DNA of 64,000 nt from an uncultured Clostridia bacterium (GCA_947623465.1 CANQGU010000006.1:1032-65031), one strand, 5' to 3'. Shown: positions 45,935-57,767, counted from the stretch's first letter. Notes: generated by a model from the letters alone, not told the origin. Made by a program: numbers and translations.

Positions 45935-46399
45935 ATGGAAAATGCATCAAAAGCGCTATTAATTGCAGGTAGTGTTTTAATAGGTATATTATTATTAACA
46001 CTTTTTGTGTATTTATATACTCAATTATCTGAAAATGCATCTAATGTATATTCAACAATTGATCATGCTGAAATTTCAAAATTTAATCAAAAATTTTTAA
46101 ATTATAAAGGCAGAGGAATAGATATTATTGGACATGATGATAGTGGAACCCCAATAACTAATCCACTAACAATTCAAGATGTTGTAACAATAGTTAATAT
46201 GGCAAAAGATAATAATAAAGAACAGAGAAAACAAGTTACTATTAACGTAAAAGTAGATGGAAGTGAGTGGACGACAAAAACAAATTTAGAAAATGAAATA
46301 TTAAACAACCTAGAGAATAAATACAAATGTAATGAAGTTAACATAGATCCTGAAACTGAATTGGTTAATAGTGTAGAGATACAAAAAATTACACCATAA
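45935..46399 (+). CDS. MENAS-type pilin-like protein 2
   Basis: MENASKALLIAGSVLIGILLL; ISKFNQKF. Confidence 0.7.
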   Translation: MENASKALLIAGSVLIGILLLTLFVYLYTQLSENASNVYSTIDHAEISKFNQKFLNYKGRGIDIIGHDDSGTPITNPLTIQDVVTIVNMAKDNNKEQRKQVTINVKVDGSEWTTKTNLENEILNNLENKYKCNEVNIDPETELVNSVEIQKITP

Positions 46400-46440
46400 A
46401 TTATAAGTCAAATAAAAATATAAAAGGAAAAAATAAAAAT

Positions 46441-46872
46441 ATGAAAAAAACATTAATTTTTATATTATGTTTAATAATTATAATCATATCAGTATTTTGT
46501 ATAAAATACCAAAAATATAAAAATGAACACAGCGAAATTGTAAAAGAAAATTTAGAATATGAAATGTATTTAAATAAAGAAGTTCTTGGAACAGATTTAA
46601 CAACTGTAATAAACAGAGCAATAGATAACAATGAAAGAAATTCGGTTTTAAAAAATGAAGAAGGTTTTTATATAGAAAATGATACAAACTCAATACTTAT
46701 AGATATAAAAATGTTAGATGAAGATAAAACTTACAAAATGGAAACATTTTATAATAACGAAATGGAAACTTTTACACAGCTTTATGAATTAATTAAATTT
46801 GAATGTACAAAAATAGATTACAACAAATCAGGAAAGGTAAGTTATATGTTATTTGAACAAAAGACTACCTAA
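46441..46872 (+). CDS. Pilin-like/membrane-anchored protein
   Basis: N-terminal TM; VLGTDLTTVINRAIDNN and FECTKIDYNKSGKV resemble segments of the neighbouring proteins. Confidence 0.6.
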   Translation: MKKTLIFILCLIIIIISVFCIKYQKYKNEHSEIVKENLEYEMYLNKEVLGTDLTTVINRAIDNNERNSVLKNEEGFYIENDTNSILIDIKMLDEDKTYKMETFYNNEMETFTQLYELIKFECTKIDYNKSGKVSYMLFEQKTT

Positions 46873-46983
46873 AATTAATATAAGTTTTTAATGTTAGATA
46901 AAGAAAATTATCCATAAAATTTGATTTATCTATAAATATAAAATAAAAAAATATAAAATATAAAATTAAAGGAGGAATTTATT

Positions 46984-47433
46984 ATGGAAAACGCTTCAAA
47001 AGCATTAATCATAGCAGGAGCAATTTTATTATCAATATTATTAATTTCATTAGGTATTATGGTATACCAAAATGCGAAAGGAACAATTGATGATGCAAAT
47101 TTAAATACAGAGGAGGCACAAAATTTTAATACTAAAATATCACAATATTGTGGAAATAAAAAATCTGCTACAGATATGAATGCATTAATGAGTGCAATTG
47201 CAGCATCTAATGGTGCTCAAAGTAAATTAGCATCAAATGAACAACATTATATAGGAATAACTTTAAGTGGAGGTAGCGCATATCATACAGGATCTTCATT
47301 AACTGCAGAAGCAATTCAAAATAACAAAACAGGTGTAAAATATCCAACTTTTCAAAATGGAACAACATTTACTGCTGAATATTCTACAGGTGCAGATGGT
47401 TACATAAATTTAGTTGAGATAGAGGAAAAATAA
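46984..47433 (+). CDS. MENAS-type pilin-like protein 3 (candidate major pilin)
   Basis: MENASKALIIAGAILLSILLISLG; strong AAGGAGG RBS. Confidence 0.7.
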   Translation: MENASKALIIAGAILLSILLISLGIMVYQNAKGTIDDANLNTEEAQNFNTKISQYCGNKKSATDMNALMSAIAASNGAQSKLASNEQHYIGITLSGGSAYHTGSSLTAEAIQNNKTGVKYPTFQNGTTFTAEYSTGADGYINLVEIEEK

Positions 47434-47465
47434 TTATAAAACAATTTCATTTATGGAGGTAATAA

Positions 47466-47873
47466 ATGGAAAATGCGTCAAAAGCTTTAATACTTGCAGG
47501 TGCAATTTTAATTGCAATAATGCTTGTATCTTTAGGTGTATTATTATTTAACAATGTTGGAGGAGCTGCAAAAAAAGCAGTAGATATGGATGAACAAGAA
47601 ATATCCAATTTCAACTCGAAAATTACACCATATTTAGGTGAAAGTGTTCCGGGATCGCAAGTTAACGCTTTATTACAATATTGTGTATCTGTAAATATTT
47701 CTGCAAATAAATCTGGAGAAACATATAAAGCTATAACAGTGTATGACAAAAGTGGAGCAGCTATAGTTTCTTCATCTAGTAAAAATTATACCAAAGTAAT
47801 AACAGGAACATATTATAAAGTAAATGGTACAAACGATTCAAACGGATTAATTACAACTATTAACATAGAATAA
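47466..47873 (+). CDS. MENAS-type pilin-like protein 4
   Basis: MENASKALILAGAILIAIMLVSLG; FNSKI; GSQVNALL. Confidence 0.7.
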   Translation: MENASKALILAGAILIAIMLVSLGVLLFNNVGGAAKKAVDMDEQEISNFNSKITPYLGESVPGSQVNALLQYCVSVNISANKSGETYKAITVYDKSGAAIVSSSSKNYTKVITGTYYKVNGTNDSNGLITTINIE

Positions 47874-47901
47874 TAGAAATAAAATAAAAAGGAGGTATAC
47901 T

Positions 47902-48453
47902 ATGGAAAATGCATCAGAAGCATTAATAATGGCAGGACAAGTTTTGTTATTTATTATAGCACTTACTATATGTATATCTTCTTTTACAAATTTAAGAGCA
48001 GAAGCAGATGTTTTAATAGGTAAAGATGAAACAGTAGAAATGGCAAAAGATGGAGATCAATATATAAACTATATGCAAAGTAAAGAAAATAATTCTATTA
48101 GAACTGTAGACGCAAGTGCTGTGGTTTCTTCTATGTATAGAATTCTAAAAGGAGATTATACAATATATTTAAAATTAAAAAGTTATAATGGCTTGAAGAG
48201 AGAATTTATTAATATAACACCAGCCGAATATAATACTAAATATATAAATAAAGGTGAAGAAATAATAAAAATCAAAATAGGTAGAGATACAAATGAAAAA
48301 ATAAGTAGTGTTTTAAATGAAGGTGGACTGTATGACTACATAAAAGATAAAAAATTTAGTGAATATTTAGGAGAATATAAAGAATCCACTGGTGGAGCTG
48401 TTTCAAGTGCAGAGAAGCAAACTAAAAGAATTATAACTTATATAGAATTATAA
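47902..48453 (+). CDS. MENAS-type pilin-like protein 5
   Basis: MENASEALIMAGQVLLFIIAL. Confidence 0.68.
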   Translation: MENASEALIMAGQVLLFIIALTICISSFTNLRAEADVLIGKDETVEMAKDGDQYINYMQSKENNSIRTVDASAVVSSMYRILKGDYTIYLKLKSYNGLKREFINITPAEYNTKYINKGEEIIKIKIGRDTNEKISSVLNEGGLYDYIKDKKFSEYLGEYKESTGGAVSSAEKQTKRIITYIEL

Positions 48454-48473
48454 CCATAAAAATAAAAAAATAT

Positions 48474-48502
48474 TTGCAAATTATGTAGAAAAATGATATA
48501 AT
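48474..48502 (+). promoter_or_regulatory. Internal SigA-type promoter
   Basis: TTGCAA-17 nt-TATAAT with TG extended -10. Confidence 0.65.
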
Positions 48503-48544
48503 AGTGTTAATTTGAATATTTTTTTATGAAAGGAAGGAAATATT

Positions 48545-49033
48545 ATGGCATTAGGTGATAGTTTTATGACAGGAATAGCATTACTTGCTGCTTGTGCAAT
48601 AATGTTAATAGCACCTGTAATTATGATAGCAGATAAAACAGATAGCATGACACAATCTTCAATACAAACAGAAACAACAAATTTTACAAATAATATAATA
48701 ACAAAAGGAGAAATAACACAAGAAGATTATGATAATTTTGTTTTAACTTTATCTTCTCATGAATTAGCATGGGATTTAGAACTTACAGTTCAAAAACAAG
48801 ATGTAAATCCAGTTAAAAAAAGTAGTGGAGATACAAATATAGGAGATGGAGCATCTACAATTTATTATACAACACAAATTGTAGAAAACTTACCATTTAA
48901 ATTAAACGAAGGGGATTTAGTATCAACAAAAGTAAAGAGCAAGAGTGAAACTATATTTTCACAATTAACAGGTGCAGACTCTAAATTAATTGCAGAAGAA
49001 GCAGGTATGTGTACATATAGTGGAACAAACTAA
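48545..49033 (+). CDS. Pseudopilin-like membrane-anchored protein
   Basis: N-terminal hydrophobic helix; located within the pilus-like locus. Confidence 0.6.
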   Translation: MALGDSFMTGIALLAACAIMLIAPVIMIADKTDSMTQSSIQTETTNFTNNIITKGEITQEDYDNFVLTLSSHELAWDLELTVQKQDVNPVKKSSGDTNIGDGASTIYYTTQIVENLPFKLNEGDLVSTKVKSKSETIFSQLTGADSKLIAEEAGMCTYSGTN

Positions 49034-49045
49034 GAGGGGAAGAAT

Positions 49046-50924
49046 ATGAAAATACAGTCTTTAGCAGTTATTTTTATAATAATAATAATTCCTATAGCAA
49101 TGCTAATGTCAGAATATATAGATAATAAAATAACTTTAGCTAAGTTAGAAGATGATTATGATTCAAAATTGTTAAATTCTACATATTCTGCAATAAAAGC
49201 ATATCAATTAAATACTGTAAATAACGCATTTGGAGATGTTACCAATGAAGACATGAAAAATATAGAAGCATCTGTAAAAACATTTTACGATGCTTTAATT
49301 TCTAACTTTAATTACACAGGTTATAATTCAAATGTAATGAAAGAATATGTTCCAGCTGTTGTGTATACTTTATATGATGGCTATTATATATATTCACCAT
49401 ACGAAAACATATTAACTGAAGTTGAAAAAGATAGTTATGATACAAATTATAGCGAATCAGAAAAAATAAGAACAGGATTAAAGCCATATATATATTATAC
49501 ATGTAGATATACAAGAGGTGCAGACCCAATAAAAGATGATTTTACAATTACATATACATTAGACAATTATATAACGATTCAAGGAGAAATAAAGGGAAAA
49601 TATGTATATGATTGTGGATATTTATATAATATAGCTACAACTGAAGATGGTGATCGGCATATGCAAAAAAGGTGATACATATTATTATAATGGAATTCCA
49701 TTTACTACAGGAACTACAGAATGCATGAAAGAATATGTAGGGCAAGATGAATATCAATATGTAAAAATAAATGGAAAAAAATATTATTTAGATATAAATC
49801 ATTATACAGATAGAAGTACAAGTGAAAATTATAAAGGGTACACAATTAATGCACAAGCAGGAATTTTTTACATAGATTCAAATGGAAATAAAGATTATAG
49901 TCAAACAAAAGGGTATAGTAAAGACAATAATGAAGAAGACAACGATAAATTTTTAAAATATTATTTAGCTATAACCAAAAATAAAAGTGCTTATGAATAT
50001 TTTAAAAAAGCATACGAATTTTCAAGTGCTGTATTAGGTAATCCAGTAGATGGATATGTAAATAAAGCAGGAAAAAATGTTAAAACTGATTTAGGTTTAT
50101 CAAACGGATATGGCTTAAAAAATTTAAAATGGAAAGATGCTACAATTTATTATGATAAATTAACGGAATTTGAAAAAGAAGATACTGAAATATTTGGAAC
50201 AAACATTGAGTATTCTGATTCAAGTTTTAATAAACATAGAAGTGCTGTTATAAGATATGTTGTAGAAACAAATTTACAAACATCAATTGCAGCCTTTTCA
50301 TCAAATGCAGGTGGTTCAAATTTTATAATGCCAAAAATCTCTGAAACAGATTGGGAAGTAATAGAAAATGATGTATGTGCAATATCATTTTTACAAGGAT
50401 TAAATTTAGGCGATAAAAAATATAATGGATATGCAGTAGTTGCAAACAACTTATCTACAGCTTATGTAGATGAAAATGATATATACATATTAAATCAAGA
50501 TTCAAATGGTAATAGGATGTATTCAAAACCAAATGATGACAAAATCTCTAGTATTATAACGACAGATGAATATGGAAATTCTCTTGGCTATCAACCGGGA
50601 ATATTAAAAACAAATTTTGAAATGAAGCAAGATAAAAGTACAGGAAATACAATATATTATGAACCAATGAGTTATAAAAAAAGTGGTAAACAAACAGGGT
50701 ATTTGGGAAGTTACACAAGTATTATAGGAAGCTCTGGTTTAGTTCCAATTAAAAATGGTGGAATATATAAATATATGAAAAGACCTGAAACTGATGTAGC
50801 AATAAAAAGAGCCTATTATACAGCTTTAGCAAGAGAAAGATGGAGTGCATATAATGATAATAATGTAAACTATGAAATATATCAGGGAACTGGAGTAGAA
50901 TATTTCTTAAATAGTTATCCATAA
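49046..50924 (+). CDS. Large membrane-anchored protein (possible tip adhesin/TadG-like), with +1 shift at CGG 49655
   Basis: MKIQSLAVIFIIIIIP; YDGYYIYSP; EDGD-[C]-GICKKG joins the two ORFs. Confidence 0.7.
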
Positions 50925-51022
50925 AAAGAGATGATTTTATTTTTAAATCATCTCTTTTTATTTTAATTAAACTTTATAAAAAAAAGATGATTTAAAAAAC
51001 ATTTTAAAAATCATCTCTTTTA
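50925..51022. terminator. Duplicated bidirectional terminators
   Basis: Two AGATGATTT...AAATCATCT hairpins between convergent genes. Confidence 0.75.
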
Positions 51023-51024
51023 TT

Positions 51025-52404
51025 TTAATTTAAAAGCATAGAACCAATTTGAGTTACAGTACCTGCACCTTGAGTTAAAACAATATCATTTTCTTTTACA
51101 TTTTCTTTTAAATAATTTACACAGTCATTAAAATCGGGAATATATTTAGCCGTTTTTCCTAAAGTAGAAATTTTATTAGTTAAATCTTTAGATGTAATAT
51201 TATAAGTATTTTTTTCTCTTGCAGCATAAATATCCAAAACAATTATATTATCAAAATTTAAAAGAGCTTTTGCAAAATCATCTAAAAGAGTTTTTGTTCT
51301 ACTATATGTGTGTGGTTGAAAAACAACCCAAGATTTATTATACTTTTTATTCATCAAAGCTTTTGCTGTTGCTATAATTTCAGTAGGATGATGTCCATAA
51401 TCATCATAAATGCTTGCACCATTTACTTTTCCTTTAAACTCAAATCTTCTTGCAGCACCTGTAAAACTAAGCAAAGCTTTTTTTATAGTTTCATAATCAA
51501 TACCATAATAATTACATAAAGCAATACAACCCAAAGCATTTAAGACATTATGCATTCCAGGAACACTAAGTTTTATTCTTCCATAAAATTGATTTTTAGA
51601 ATAAACATCAAATTCAGAAAAACCGTCATTATCAAAAGAAATATTTACAGCAAAGAAATCTGTATTTTTATTAGTAATTCCATAACTTAAACAATTTGCT
51701 TTTGTATACTTTGTTAAATCAAGTGCATTTTCATCATCACCATTTACAACAAGCAAACCATTTTCAGGTAATAGCTCTACATATTTTACAAAAGCATTTT
51801 TAATATTTTCAAAATTCTTAAAATAATCTAAATGATCATTATCTATGTTCAAAATTATTTCAGATTTAGGGTAAAACTTTAAAAAGCTTTCTACATATTC
51901 ACATGCTTCTATTATAAAATATTCACTATTTCCAACTTTATAATTTCCACTAATTTGCTTTAAATCAGCACCTACTTGAATAGTAGGGTCTTTTAAAGCT
52001 TCTAAAAAACATAGTGATACCATAGAAGTAGTAGTGCTTTTTCCATGTGTTCCTGCAACTGTTATTGTTTCTTCAAAACATTTTGTAAGTTCACCTAAAA
52101 AATCTGCTCTTTCTATTATTGGAATATTTTTTGCTTTTGCAGTAACAAGCTCAACATTATCTTGCTTTATTGCAGCAGAATAAACTACAATATCAGGATT
52201 AGATATGTTTTCTTCACTATGACCAATAAAAACCTTTATTCCAGCTTGTTCTAATTTTTTTGTGGTTTCTGAGGAAGTGTTGTTAGAGCCAGAAACTTCA
52301 AAACCAAAGTTTACCAAAATTTCTGCAATACCACTCATACTAACACCGCCGATACCTACCATATATATCTTTTTATATTTCTCTAATCTTTTAATATTAG
52401 GCAT
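51025..52404 (-). CDS. murC: UDP-N-acetylmuramate--L-alanine ligase
   Basis: GIGGVSMSG, GTHGKSTT, DDYGHHPTEI, FQPHTYSRT motifs. Confidence 0.97.
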   Translation of the reverse strand: MPNIKRLEKYKKIYMVGIGGVSMSGIAEILVNFGFEVSGSNNTSSETTKKLEQAGIKVFIGHSEENISNPDIVVYSAAIKQDNVELVTAKAKNIPIIERADFLGELTKCFEETITVAGTHGKSTTTSMVSLCFLEALKDPTIQVGADLKQISGNYKVGNSEYFIIEACEYVESFLKFYPKSEIILNIDNDHLDYFKNFENIKNAFVKYVELLPENGLLVVNGDDENALDLTKYTKANCLSYGITNKNTDFFAVNISFDNDGFSEFDVYSKNQFYGRIKLSVPGMHNVLNALGCIALCNYYGIDYETIKKALLSFTGAARRFEFKGKVNGASIYDDYGHHPTEIIATAKALMNKKYNKSWVVFQPHTYSRTKTLLDDFAKALLNFDNIIVLDIYAAREKNTYNITSKDLTNKISTLGKTAKYIPDFNDCVNYLKENVKENDIVLTQGAGTVTQIGSMLLN

Positions 52405-52484
52405 TGTTATCAAACTCCTATAAATTATTATTTAAACCCAATTTATTTATTTTATGGGTTTTACAATTAAAATGTGAAACTTTT

Positions 52485-52584
52485 AAAATTTCCGCGTCAG
52501 CACTTTATTTTCAAAAAATCGGTGGATATCCTTAAAAGGGGGACCAATTTTTTGAAAACAAAGTGCGGTTAAACAGGAAATTTT
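52485..52584. repeat. ~100-bp long hairpin element
   Basis: GCACTTTATTTTCAAAAAATCGGT pairs with ACCAATTTTTTGAAAACAAAGTGC; outer AAAATTTCC/GGAAATTTT arms. Confidence 0.65.
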
Positions 52585-54940
52585 AAATAGTTTTAAATTC
52601 TAATGCATCCTTTTTTAAATCAACGACGATATTTTGTCCATCCACAATTTCGCCTTTTAATATTTTTTCTGAAATTTCGTCTTCAATATACTTTTGAATA
52701 GCTCTACGAAGTGGTCTTGCTCCAAATTTTAAATTTGTACCTTTTTCTAAAATAAAGTTTTTAGCTTTTTTAGTTAATTCTAAAGTAATATCTTTATTAG
52801 AAAGAGCAATAGAAGTATCATTTAACATTAAATCAACTATTTCAATTAATTCTTCATTAGTTAAAGAATTAAATACAACAATTTCATCAACTCTATTTAA
52901 AAATTCAGGTCTAAAAACTTCTTTTAAGCGTTCTTCAATTTTATATTTATCTGAGCTACCAAATCCAATAGAATTATTATTTAAGTTTGAACCTGCATTT
53001 GAAGTCATTATAATTATTGTGTTTTCAAAACTTACAGTATTTCCTTGGCTATCTGTTAATCTTCCATCATCTAAAATTTGTAAAAGAATATTAAATACAT
53101 CAGGATGAGCTTTTTCAATTTCGTCTAAAAGTACAATAGAGTAGGGGTGACGCTTAACTTTATCAGTAAGTTGTCCTGCATCATCATAACCTACATATCC
53201 CGGAGGTGCACCTATTAATTTTGCTGTAGAATTACTTTCCATATATTCAGACATATCTATTCTAATTATAGAATCTTCTGAGCCGAACATTTCATAAGAA
53301 AGAGCTTTAGCTAATGCAGTTTTACCAACACCTGTAGGACCTACAAAAATAAATGAAGGTGGGCGTTTAGTTGATTTTAATCCTGCTCTATTTCTACGAA
53401 TAGCACGAGACACTGCATTTACAGCATCATTTTGACCAATTATTTTTTTATGAAGATTAGCTTCTAAATTTAAAAGTTTTTGAGTTTCTTCTTCTGTTAT
53501 TTTACTAACAGGAATTTTTGTCCAACTTTCAATTACATTTGCAACATCTTGAAGTGTAAGGTTTCTAATCTTCATTGTAGAATTTATTTTGTCTATTTCT
53601 TCAATTAGGCGGCATTCTTCTGTTTTTAAAGCAGCAGCTTTTTGATAATCTTCTGTAGAATCTGTTGTAACTGCTTCATCTTTTTGCTCTTGAACTTCTT
53701 TTAATTTTTGCCTTAATAATTCTAGTCTATACAATTCTTTATTTTCTAGGTTAATTCTTGAACATGCTTCATCTAATATATCTATAGCTTTGTCTGGTAA
53801 ATATCTGTCATGAATATATTTTTCAGACATAATTACAGTTTGTTTTATAACATCTGATGAAATTTTTACTTTGTGGTAATCCTCGTAATATTTTTTTATT
53901 CCATCCAAAATTCCAATAGAATCTGTAACAGATGGTTCTTCAATTAAAACTTGTTGGAATCTACGCTCTAAAGCAGTATCTTTTTCTATATATTTACGAT
54001 ATTCTTTAATTGTTGTTGTTCCAATTAATTGAATTTTTCCATCTGCCAAAGCAGGTTTTAAAATATTGCCGGCATTCATTGAACTATCTTCGCCATTGCC
54101 ACCAGCACCTATAATAGAGTGGATTTCGTCTATTACAAGAATTATATTTCCACAATTAATACATTCTTCTATAATACCTTTCATTCTAGCTTCAAACTGA
54201 CCTCTAAATTGAGTTCCTGCAACAACTGATGTCATATCAAGTAAATAAACTTCTTTATTTAAAAGTTTAGCAGGGACATTTTTATTTGCAATTTTTATAG
54301 CTAGGGCATTAGCAATAGCAGTTTTACCAACACCAGGTTCTCCAATTAAACAAGGGTTATTTTTAGAACGCCTATTTAAAATTTGAACAACTCTTTGAAG
54401 TTCTTTATCTCTACCAATTACCATATCTATTTCATTATTTTGAGCTTTTAGAGTTAAATTTGTTCCAAAAGTATCTAGATATTTTTTCTTTTTATTTTTT
54501 TGCTTTTTCTTTTCTGGTTTTACTTTCTTTTTAGTATTTCCAGAAGAAACTTCATCATTTGAATTTTGTGATTTTTGATTAAATATATTTCCAAAAATTG
54601 AACCAAGGGGGATAGCACCTGCAAAAACCTTAGGTTCACCATCTTCTATATTTTCATCTTTGTCTAAATTTTCGTCCACTGGAATAGCATTAAATTCAAT
54701 TCCATCAATTTCGCCTAAACCTTCTGATAGATTTTTAAATAGATTTTCAAGATTTTTATTTAATTCTGAAGGAGATGTATTAAACATTGCATTATTTTGT
54801 GCTCTTAAAATTTCATCAGTATTTATTCCAAGTTTTTTAGCACATGGTATACACAAACCTTCCATTTCTCTTTTTCCATTAGCATCCATTTTGCTTGAAA
54901 ATATAGCTGCTGGATTTTTCTTACACATTGAACATATCAT
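52583..54940 (-). CDS. Clp protease ATP-binding subunit (ClpC/ClpE-type with N-terminal Zn finger)
   Basis: CSMC...CIPC; GEPGVGKT and GPTGVGKT; UVR-like linker; GARPLRR. Confidence 0.93.
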   Translation of the reverse strand: MICSMCKKNPAAIFSSKMDANGKREMEGLCIPCAKKLGINTDEILRAQNNAMFNTSPSELNKNLENLFKNLSEGLGEIDGIEFNAIPVDENLDKDENIEDGEPKVFAGAIPLGSIFGNIFNQKSQNSNDEVSSGNTKKKVKPEKKKQKNKKKKYLDTFGTNLTLKAQNNEIDMVIGRDKELQRVVQILNRRSKNNPCLIGEPGVGKTAIANALAIKIANKNVPAKLLNKEVYLLDMTSVVAGTQFRGQFEARMKGIIEECINCGNIILVIDEIHSIIGAGGNGEDSSMNAGNILKPALADGKIQLIGTTTIKEYRKYIEKDTALERRFQQVLIEEPSVTDSIGILDGIKKYYEDYHKVKISSDVIKQTVIMSEKYIHDRYLPDKAIDILDEACSRINLENKELYRLELLRQKLKEVQEQKDEAVTTDSTEDYQKAAALKTEECRLIEEIDKINSTMKIRNLTLQDVANVIESWTKIPVSKITEEETQKLLNLEANLHKKIIGQNDAVNAVSRAIRRNRAGLKSTKRPPSFIFVGPTGVGKTALAKALSYEMFGSEDSIIRIDMSEYMESNSTAKLIGAPPGYVGYDDAGQLTDKVKRHPYSIVLLDEIEKAHPDVFNILLQILDDGRLTDSQGNTVSFENTIIIMTSNAGSNLNNNSIGFGSSDKYKIEERLKEVFRPEFLNRVDEIVVFNSLTNEELIEIVDLMLNDTSIALSNKDITLELTKKAKNFILEKGTNLKFGARPLRRAIQKYIEDEISEKILKGEIVDGQNIVVDLKKDALEFKTI

Positions 54941-55100
54941 AATAGTTTATTTCCTCATTTCTATATTTTATAAAATTTTTATGAAAATGTATTAATAATT
55001 TACACAATTTCATAAATTATATAATACCTCAAAAATAGAATAAAGTCAATTAAAATCACAAATTTTTCACAATACGATTGGTATAAAAAATTTTATATTA

Positions 55101-55201
55101 TATATTTTGAAGTGAATTGGGGGGACCTTTTTAGAAAATGTTATGAGTTTTACGAATTACATTTTCTTAAATGGGGATAACGAAAAAATATATAATATAA
55201 A
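55101..55201 (+). repeat. ~100-bp dispersed repeat, copy 1
   Basis: Near-identical to the reverse complement of 58166-58268. Confidence 0.85.
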
Positions 55202-55304
55202 ATTTATTAGTAAAAATTATTATTAAAAGTTTTGTGATTTTGTATTGATATTTAAAAAAATATATAATATAATAATTGATATAAAAATCAAAGGAGGAAT
55301 TGAT

Positions 55305-55946
55305 ATGGCAACATACATAATAGTAGCTATTTTAGCATATTTAATAGGAAGTATTAACTTTTCTGTAATAATTAGCAAAAAGTTAGCAGGAATTGACATT
55401 AGAGAAAAAGGAAGTGGAAATGCAGGAACAACAAATATACTTAGAGTTGTAGGCAAAAGAGCAGCATTAATTACACTTGTATGTGATATTTTAAAAGGTG
55501 TAGTTTCAGTTCTACTTGCCCTAATTATAGGACTAATTATAAAAAATACAGATAGAGCATTTTTAATACAAATTGCAGGTATCTTTGTTGTTATAGGACA
55601 TACATTCCCAGTATTTTTTGGATTTAAAGGAGGAAAAGGAGTTGCAACTTCAATAGGAGTACTACTTATGACAAATTGGAAAATAGGTCTAATTTGTTTA
55701 GTATTTGGATTAGTAGTAGTTGCAGTAACTAGAATGGTATCTTTAGGTTCAATTGCTGCTGCAATATTATTCCCAGTATTAAGCTTATTTATAAGTACAA
55801 ACTTTATAGTAGAAGCTAGTGGAATTAAATATTTAGTTTATAGTTTAATATTAGCACTTATTGTTATATTCAATCACAGAGAAAATATTAAAAGAATCGC
55901 AAGTGGTACAGAAAATAAAATAAGTTTTAAAAATACAGAAAATTAA
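55305..55946 (+). CDS. plsY: Glycerol-3-phosphate acyltransferase PlsY
   Basis: GSGNAGTTN, FKGGKGVAT, HRENIKR motifs. Confidence 0.97.
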   Translation: MATYIIVAILAYLIGSINFSVIISKKLAGIDIREKGSGNAGTTNILRVVGKRAALITLVCDILKGVVSVLLALIIGLIIKNTDRAFLIQIAGIFVVIGHTFPVFFGFKGGKGVATSIGVLLMTNWKIGLICLVFGLVVVAVTRMVSLGSIAAAILFPVLSLFISTNFIVEASGIKYLVYSLILALIVIFNHRENIKRIASGTENKISFKNTEN

Positions 55947-56042
55947 TTCTATTTAATATTAAATTAATAAAAAGTAATTGTATATAATATAAAATTAATT
56001 AGATGTAATATCAAAAAAATATGACAAAAAAGGAAGATAAAA

Positions 56043-57037
56043 ATGAAAAAAATTGCAATAATAGGAAGTGGTAGTTGGGGAGTAGCCTTAGCAATCCACT
56101 TGGCAAAAATGGGACATACCGTTAAAATATGGTCATTTGAAAAAGAAGAAGCAGATTTAATAAACAATGAAAAAAGATGTAAATTTTTACCAAATGTTAT
56201 AATACCTGAAAATATAGTTTGTAAAACAAATTATGAAGAAGTAATAAAAGATGCAGATATAATCTTACAAGTTACACCTTCAAAATTTACAAGAAATATA
56301 GTAAGAGAATACAAAAAATATATAGATGTAGAAAAACAGCCAATAATTGTATGCTCAAAAGGAATAGAAAAAGAAACATCACTTACACTAGACGAAGTAA
56401 TACTTGAAGAAATACCAAATGCTAGAATTGGAGCATTATCTCGGACCTAGTCATGCAGAAGAAGTATGTATCGCAGTTCCAACAGTATTAGTAATTGCAT
56501 CTAAAGACGAAGAAGTAAAAAAACTTGTGCAAGACACATTTATGAACGAATTTTTAAGAATATATACTTCAAATGATGTAAAAGGAGTAGAACTTGGAGG
56601 AGCTTTAAAAAACATAATAGCATTTTGTGGACGGAGTTGTAGCAGGTGTTGGAGGAAAAGACAACACATTTGCAGCATTAATTACAAGAGGATTAGTAGA
56701 AATAAGAAAACTAGGTGTAGCACTTGGTGGAGAAAAAGAAACATTTTACGGTTTAAGTGGACTAGGAGACTTAATAGTAACATGTTTAAGTGAACACTCA
56801 AGAAACAGAAAAGCAGGAATTTTAATTGGTCAAGGAAAAACAATAGAAGAAACTAAAAAAGAAGTTGGTATGACAATAGAATCAATAGACAACATTGAAG
56901 TTGCAAAAAGTTTAGGAGATAAATTAAATATAGAGCTACCAATTATAAATACAGCATATGATGTTTTATACAATGGATTAAATCCAAAAGATGCTTTCAA
57001 AATTCTTATGACAAGGCAAAAAAAGGAAGAAGATTAA
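56043..57037 (+). CDS. gpsA: NAD(P)H-dependent glycerol-3-phosphate dehydrogenase, with +1 shifts at CGG 56442 and 56632
   Basis: IGSGSWG...ALS-[C]-GPSHAEEV...[11 protein letters not shown]-[C]-GVVAG...[13 protein letters not shown]. Confidence 0.93.
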
Positions 57038-57222
57038 GTATAAATTATAGTAATTTATACATAATATTAAATAAAGGTATATAAGTAAAACAGACCAATT
57101 ATAAAAATATTTTTAAAGAAAGGAGAGTATGATTTTTAAATATATAAATTAGGTTAAAATATAAAGAATTACACAAAATAAATTAATTTATATGTAATTT
57201 AAATTATCATACAATAAAGATT

Positions 57223-57711
57223 ATGGAATTTTTTGATAAATTAACAAAAAAAGCTAGTGAAACATATAAAGGAGCTGCAGAAAAAACAGGTAAAATTGCA
57301 AAAGAAGCAAAATTAAAAATGAAAATAAGTGATAATAAATCTAAAATAAATAGCTTATATCAAGAGATAGGAAAAAAAGTATATCAAAAACATACTGCTA
57401 ATGAAAATTTAAATATAAAAAAAGATTTAGAAGAAGAATGCTCAAAAATAGATGCATATACAGCTGAAATAGAAAACTATCATAAAGAAATATTAGATTT
57501 ATCAGATGTAAAAGTATGTATTAAATGTGGTGAACATATGGATAAGCAAGCTAAATTCTGCCCAAAATGCGGAGAAGAACAACCACAAGAAGAAGTAAAA
57601 GAAGTAGAAGTAATTGAGCAAGAAGAGGGCTGTGACAAAGAAGATAAAAAAGATGAAGATTGCAAAGAAGAAAGCAAAGAGTGTGAAGATAAAAAAGAAG
57701 ATAAAGAATAA
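57223..57711 (+). CDS. Zinc-ribbon domain protein
   Basis: Coiled-coil N-terminus; CIKCG...FCPKCG. Confidence 0.8.
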   Translation: MEFFDKLTKKASETYKGAAEKTGKIAKEAKLKMKISDNKSKINSLYQEIGKKVYQKHTANENLNIKKDLEEECSKIDAYTAEIENYHKEILDLSDVKVCIKCGEHMDKQAKFCPKCGEEQPQEEVKEVEVIEQEEGCDKEDKKDEDCKEESKECEDKKEDKE

Positions 57712-57767
57712 AAAAGAGCGAAAAATAGTATTTTTTAATAAAAAAAGTGCATAATATAAGTTGTGGA

